This document shows, one piece after another, positions 60,582 through 64,000 of a stretch of DNA of 64,000 nt. The translations under genes and the position numbers were made by a program. The notes under the pieces were generated by a model. The model was not told the DNA's origin and made no database searches. It saw nothing but the letters and a program-made list of their open reading frames with translations. Each line of letters opens with the position of its first letter. The first letter of the stretch is position 1. The stretch is from an uncultured Gammaproteobacteria bacterium (GTDB taxonomy: Bacteria; Patescibacteriota; Patescibacteriia; Magasanikbacterales; GWA2-37-8), in assembly GCA_964536725.1 (NCBI GenBank), contig CAZHYJ010000005.1, forward strand, positions 3,084 to 67,083, read 5' to 3'.

Positions 60582-60917
60582 AACACTCCTTTGCCAAACG
60601 CTTTTGCGTTGGCGAAAAATGTGAAAGAACACTCCCTCCCACCCCTTTCTCTCTCTAGAAGAGGCGAGAGGAAGGGAGACACTTTGTCCCCGCATCCGTT
60701 CTTTAATCAGCAACTTGCGAACAAACAGCTAATCAAAGACCCTACATTCTATCATTTTATATATCCACTGTCAATCTTAAACGGACTATTTATACACATT
60801 ATTCAAAATACTTTTTAATATAGCATTAAATTTGGCTAAAATATCCTAATACACTGTCAGAATATATTTGACAATAATCATAAAACATGCTAATATACCT
60901 ATATTATTAACAACAAT

Positions 60918-61679
60918 ATGTACGAAAACCTCCTATCCAACCTCGGACTAAACAAAAACGAGGCCCTACTATACGAAACACTCCTGTCCCAAGGCCCCCA
61001 ATCAGCCAAGCAGCTTTTAGGTAAAGGATCATTAACCAGAAGCAATATATATAATGTTATGGAGGGGTTGAAAAAGCTCAATTTAATAACTGAAACCCTG
61101 GATAAATCGAGAAAAATAGTTTTCCGTGCTGAACCACCAGCAAAATTAGAAAAAATCCTCGCCGACAAAGAACAGACAATATCCCTATCAAAAGCAGAAT
61201 TTTACGCCCATTTACCAACGCTGGAACAAATGTTTCTCTACACCCAAGATAGGCCGGTCATAAAATACTACGAGGGATACGCTGGGGTAACAAGAATTTA
61301 TAATGAGACACTAACCGACCAACCGGATGAAATGTGGGTTATCGTTTCAAAATACAGTTTTACAATTATGGATTCTTTTCTACATGATTACATAATTAAA
61401 AGGAAGGAACTTGGTATTAGAACAAAAATAATTTCTAGCAAACCAATTACACCAGAGATGTTGATAAAAGATAAAGACAATAACCTGGAACGAAGGTTTT
61501 TTGAGACACCCTTCCCTACTGAAATTAATATCTTTAAGAACAAAGTCGCACTACTTTCCTATCGAGAAAAACTCCTTGGCATGATAATCGAAGACAAAGA
61601 CTACGCCGACGCTATGCGTATATTATTTACCACTCTTTGGTCAACTGCAAAAAATCCATATTTAAAAAACAACCAGTAA
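60918..61679 (+). CDS. TrmB-family HTH transcriptional regulator
   Basis: LGLNKNEALLYETLL..G...RSNIY, PVIKYYEG, EINIF.NKVA; promoter TTGACA-17-TAATAT at 60868-60896. Confidence 0.85.
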   Translation: MYENLLSNLGLNKNEALLYETLLSQGPQSAKQLLGKGSLTRSNIYNVMEGLKKLNLITETLDKSRKIVFRAEPPAKLEKILADKEQTISLSKAEFYAHLPTLEQMFLYTQDRPVIKYYEGYAGVTRIYNETLTDQPDEMWVIVSKYSFTIMDSFLHDYIIKRKELGIRTKIISSKPITPEMLIKDKDNNLERRFFETPFPTEINIFKNKVALLSYREKLLGMIIEDKDYADAMRILFTTLWSTAKNPYLKNNQ

Positions 61680-61719
61680 TTAAAAACTGGTTGTTGTGTG
61701 AATAAAAGAGTCCACCCAC

Positions 61720-63165
61720 CTACCATCTTGGCTTTGCTTTAAAGTCATAATTACGACTATAAAGATTAGCAGACTTCTTATCACTAAATTGATCTGAAGC
61801 TATTTTCCCTAGACTAATCGCTATATCACAGTTTGTTTTTAACTTTTGACCATCATTAGTATTTTCCCAGTCGTCATATGCTTTTTTTGCATCATTGATT
61901 TTTTCAATTATTACTTCAATTTTTTTCATAATTCCATCTACTTTTTTAGATATAAATTCTAAAAAGGCAGCTGGTCCATAATCATTGATCATGCGGTCAA
62001 CATTATCTTGGCGCATTTCTGGGTCACCGAATAATAATGGTTGTAAGAAATTTATCATTTTATTCACTTCTGTTGTCCTTGTTACAAACTTTGATGTAAA
62101 GTCAGCTCTTACACTATGAACTAAATTATCAAAATTCTTTTTTACTTCACCCATTTTGAAAAAAGACTTCTTAAAATCACCCTCGATCGTTCTTGCTTGA
62201 GCAATTCTAAACTGTAGAAGTGGTAAAACAGTGTCTTTGTATTCTTTTAATTTTCCGTTAATTTTCTCAGCAGTCCCCATTATACTACTATCCACACCAT
62301 AAGGAGAATCTCTAAAAAAATAACCTCTAAGCGATAAAGCAAAATCGATCGGATCTTTTATGTTAGACACAGAATCAAAATGTAGTAAATCTGGCGGCTG
62401 TTTATAATCAATTGAATGTTTTAAAGTAGGATCCTCCAATTTTTTATTTATATCACTACAACCAAGTGAAGCTATTGCCTTTTTGTAAATATTATTAGAT
62501 TCCTCATTCGTCTCACTAAGCATTTCTATCGCTATTTCAACGAGCCTCTCTCTTACTGTATTTGCTAATTCCATGGTATGTACATCTTTGTTCTGTGGAA
62601 AAACCAAGCGTTTAATTTCTTCAATTACATTTTCATCCCCGTCTATGATATTTCTGATTTTAGTTCTAACAAATTCATCACCTTGCCACCTATCCAGAAT
62701 AACCTTGATATACTCATGATTCAATCTAATTTCCTCCTCATTCCTTAAATCAGCGAATTTTTTTAATGTTTCGGGAGGTAATTCAGATCTCCAATGTGGC
62801 TTACCGATCTTATCAATATATTCAATTTCACCAACTTCCTGTTGTAAAACATTAATTCTATTTTTTAAATCCTCTACAACATCTCTTAATTCTTTCTTAT
62901 TCGCCTCACTGACATTAAAATCTCCGAGCATCTTTCTAATTTGCTCTACTGTATCTGATATTTGTTTGATTTGATCTCTTTTATCGGGTAAAGAATCTGT
63001 TTTATTTGCTTGTTCTTCTAATTCAGATCTTATTTTAAAAGCTTCAGCATCAAGTTGATTATCAGCTATTGCAGCCGCTGCCTTTCTTCTTACTTCAGCC
63101 TCAGCCTCAGATTTTTTCAAAACTCCTTTTGCTACCACCAAAGCGTCTCGATAATTTTCTGGCAT
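61720..63165 (-). CDS. Low-GC coiled-coil hypothetical protein
   Basis: 481-aa charged helical ORF; promoter TTGACT-17-TATAAT at 63229-63201. Confidence 0.7.
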   Translation of the reverse strand: MPENYRDALVVAKGVLKKSEAEAEVRRKAAAAIADNQLDAEAFKIRSELEEQANKTDSLPDKRDQIKQISDTVEQIRKMLGDFNVSEANKKELRDVVEDLKNRINVLQQEVGEIEYIDKIGKPHWRSELPPETLKKFADLRNEEEIRLNHEYIKVILDRWQGDEFVRTKIRNIIDGDENVIEEIKRLVFPQNKDVHTMELANTVRERLVEIAIEMLSETNEESNNIYKKAIASLGCSDINKKLEDPTLKHSIDYKQPPDLLHFDSVSNIKDPIDFALSLRGYFFRDSPYGVDSSIMGTAEKINGKLKEYKDTVLPLLQFRIAQARTIEGDFKKSFFKMGEVKKNFDNLVHSVRADFTSKFVTRTTEVNKMINFLQPLLFGDPEMRQDNVDRMINDYGPAAFLEFISKKVDGIMKKIEVIIEKINDAKKAYDDWENTNDGQKLKTNCDIAISLGKIASDQFSDKKSANLYSRNYDFKAKPRW

Positions 63166-63362
63166 ATATTTTAATTATATCTTTAATAATACATATTGAT
63201 ATTATAGAGCCAACCAATCATCTAGTCAAGAAAAAACTGAGATCAGTTTCTTTTTATCATACTTCGTGTGTTTGGTTTGGATCATGCCAAGATTAACAAA
63301 CACCACCTTTGCAAAATATGGTTTTGTTTAGTAAAATACTACCTTTTTAAGGTGGTATTTTG

Positions 63363-63434
63363 TGCGCCCATTAGGAGTCGAACCTAAATTTTCGGCTTCG
63401 CAGGCCAATGTCCTATCCATTGAACGATGAGCGC
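63363..63434 (-). tRNA. tRNA-Arg, anticodon GCG; CCA not encoded
   Basis: Reverse complement: gcgctca/tgggcgc acceptor; ttggc-ctGCGaa-gccga; T-loop ttcgact. Confidence 0.92.
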
Positions 63435-63505
63435 CTGAACAAATTAACCCCGCTTCACCAACCAGCCAAGCTAGTTTAAGCAAAGCAGGGTTAATTTGTT
63501 TGATT

Positions 63506-64000
63506 TTAAATTTTGAATAAACGACTAATACTGTCACTAAATGGTTCTTCTTCTTGGTCCAAATCTTCCTCAACAAACTGTTCAAGATGCTCCCGAATCG
63601 GACGCGGATCATTGTCAAGCAATGGCACCTGCACCCGATGTCGCAGCACACTATCTAGACCAAAATATAAATTCTTTATCGCTGGTGGGTCATAAATCAT
63701 CCAAAAACTCTTTAATTCACTAAAACGATAATATTTTTTACCAACAACTACGCCTGTTTCTGTGATGAGCACCGGCACTTCCATCGGTTCCACCATATCA
63801 TGCATAAACAGAATTATTCCAAACAATACTATCACTAGCGCAAATAAATAATTTCCCGAAATAAGCGCATAACCTACCAAAGATACACCTACAATCCCCA
63901 TTAGGATATACCATCGACGCTCACGTTCAGGCTGTTCGTATTCCTTAACTGTCCATTCAAAAACAACGTCGCCGATATCTACCTCATTTTTGATTATATC
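63506..64000 (-). CDS. Membrane protein (2 TM plus PH-like tail); start lies beyond the window
   Basis: Frame open to the window end: ..FEWTVKEYEQPERERRWY-TM-TM..YRFSELKSFW. Confidence 0.75.
   Translation of the reverse strand, partial: DIIKNEVDIGDVVFEWTVKEYEQPERERRWYILMGIVGVSLVGYALISGNYLFALVIVLFGIILFMHDMVEPMEVPVLITETGVVVGKKYYRFSELKSFWMIYDPPAIKNLYFGLDSVLRHRVQVPLLDNDPRPIREHLEQFVEEDLDQEEEPFSDSISRLFKI

Noticed and set aside
13433-60713. GC-rich islands as prophage, IS remnants or assembly chimeras
   Set aside because: No phage or transposase motifs, terminal repeats or target duplications were seen, and each island is bounded by a native-style promoter and terminator. Read mapping is still needed to exclude misassembly.
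60790-60798. DnaA box TTATACACA (and near matches at 39323 and 59712) as oriC
   Set aside because: Isolated boxes, with no cluster and no dnaA/dnaN nearby.
59802-60818. Plus-strand ORFs and the longer 60713 start
   Set aside because: Promoter and SD support the minus-strand ATG at 60581. The upstream part is structured leader.

Overview
64 kb of an AT-rich, compact bacterial chromosome. Gene content and style point to Patescibacteria/CPR, Parcubacteria-like (inference). The indicators are VirB2-like pilin fusions, DUF4012, mostly SD-less starts, tRNA-Ile(UAU) and tRNA-Arg(GCG). Housekeeping genes include two uvrA, uvrB, rodA, gyrB, secE-nusG-rplK, queA, mltG, an RluA/RluD-family gene, gmk, rplS, secG, rnj, clpC, radA, recG, surface-polysaccharide genes, RNase P RNA and 3 tRNAs. 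Three unexplained systems stand out. (1) Four dispersed, sharply GC-rich orphan genes share one architecture: native sigma70 promoter, SD-containing leader (folded over the SD in three), orphan ORF, long structured 3' RNA and terminator. An ORF-less unit has the same build. (2) Covarying palindromic elements with tandem-GA/purine-loop modules sit in 5' UTRs, between convergent genes, inside RNase P RNA and in-frame in ClpC. (3) DsbA-linked pilin fusions carry different C-terminal domains, two resembling cell-wall hydrolases, after an identical 24-nt junction. No CRISPR array, integrase, transposase or rRNA was seen. All structures were folded by eye and no database searches were run.
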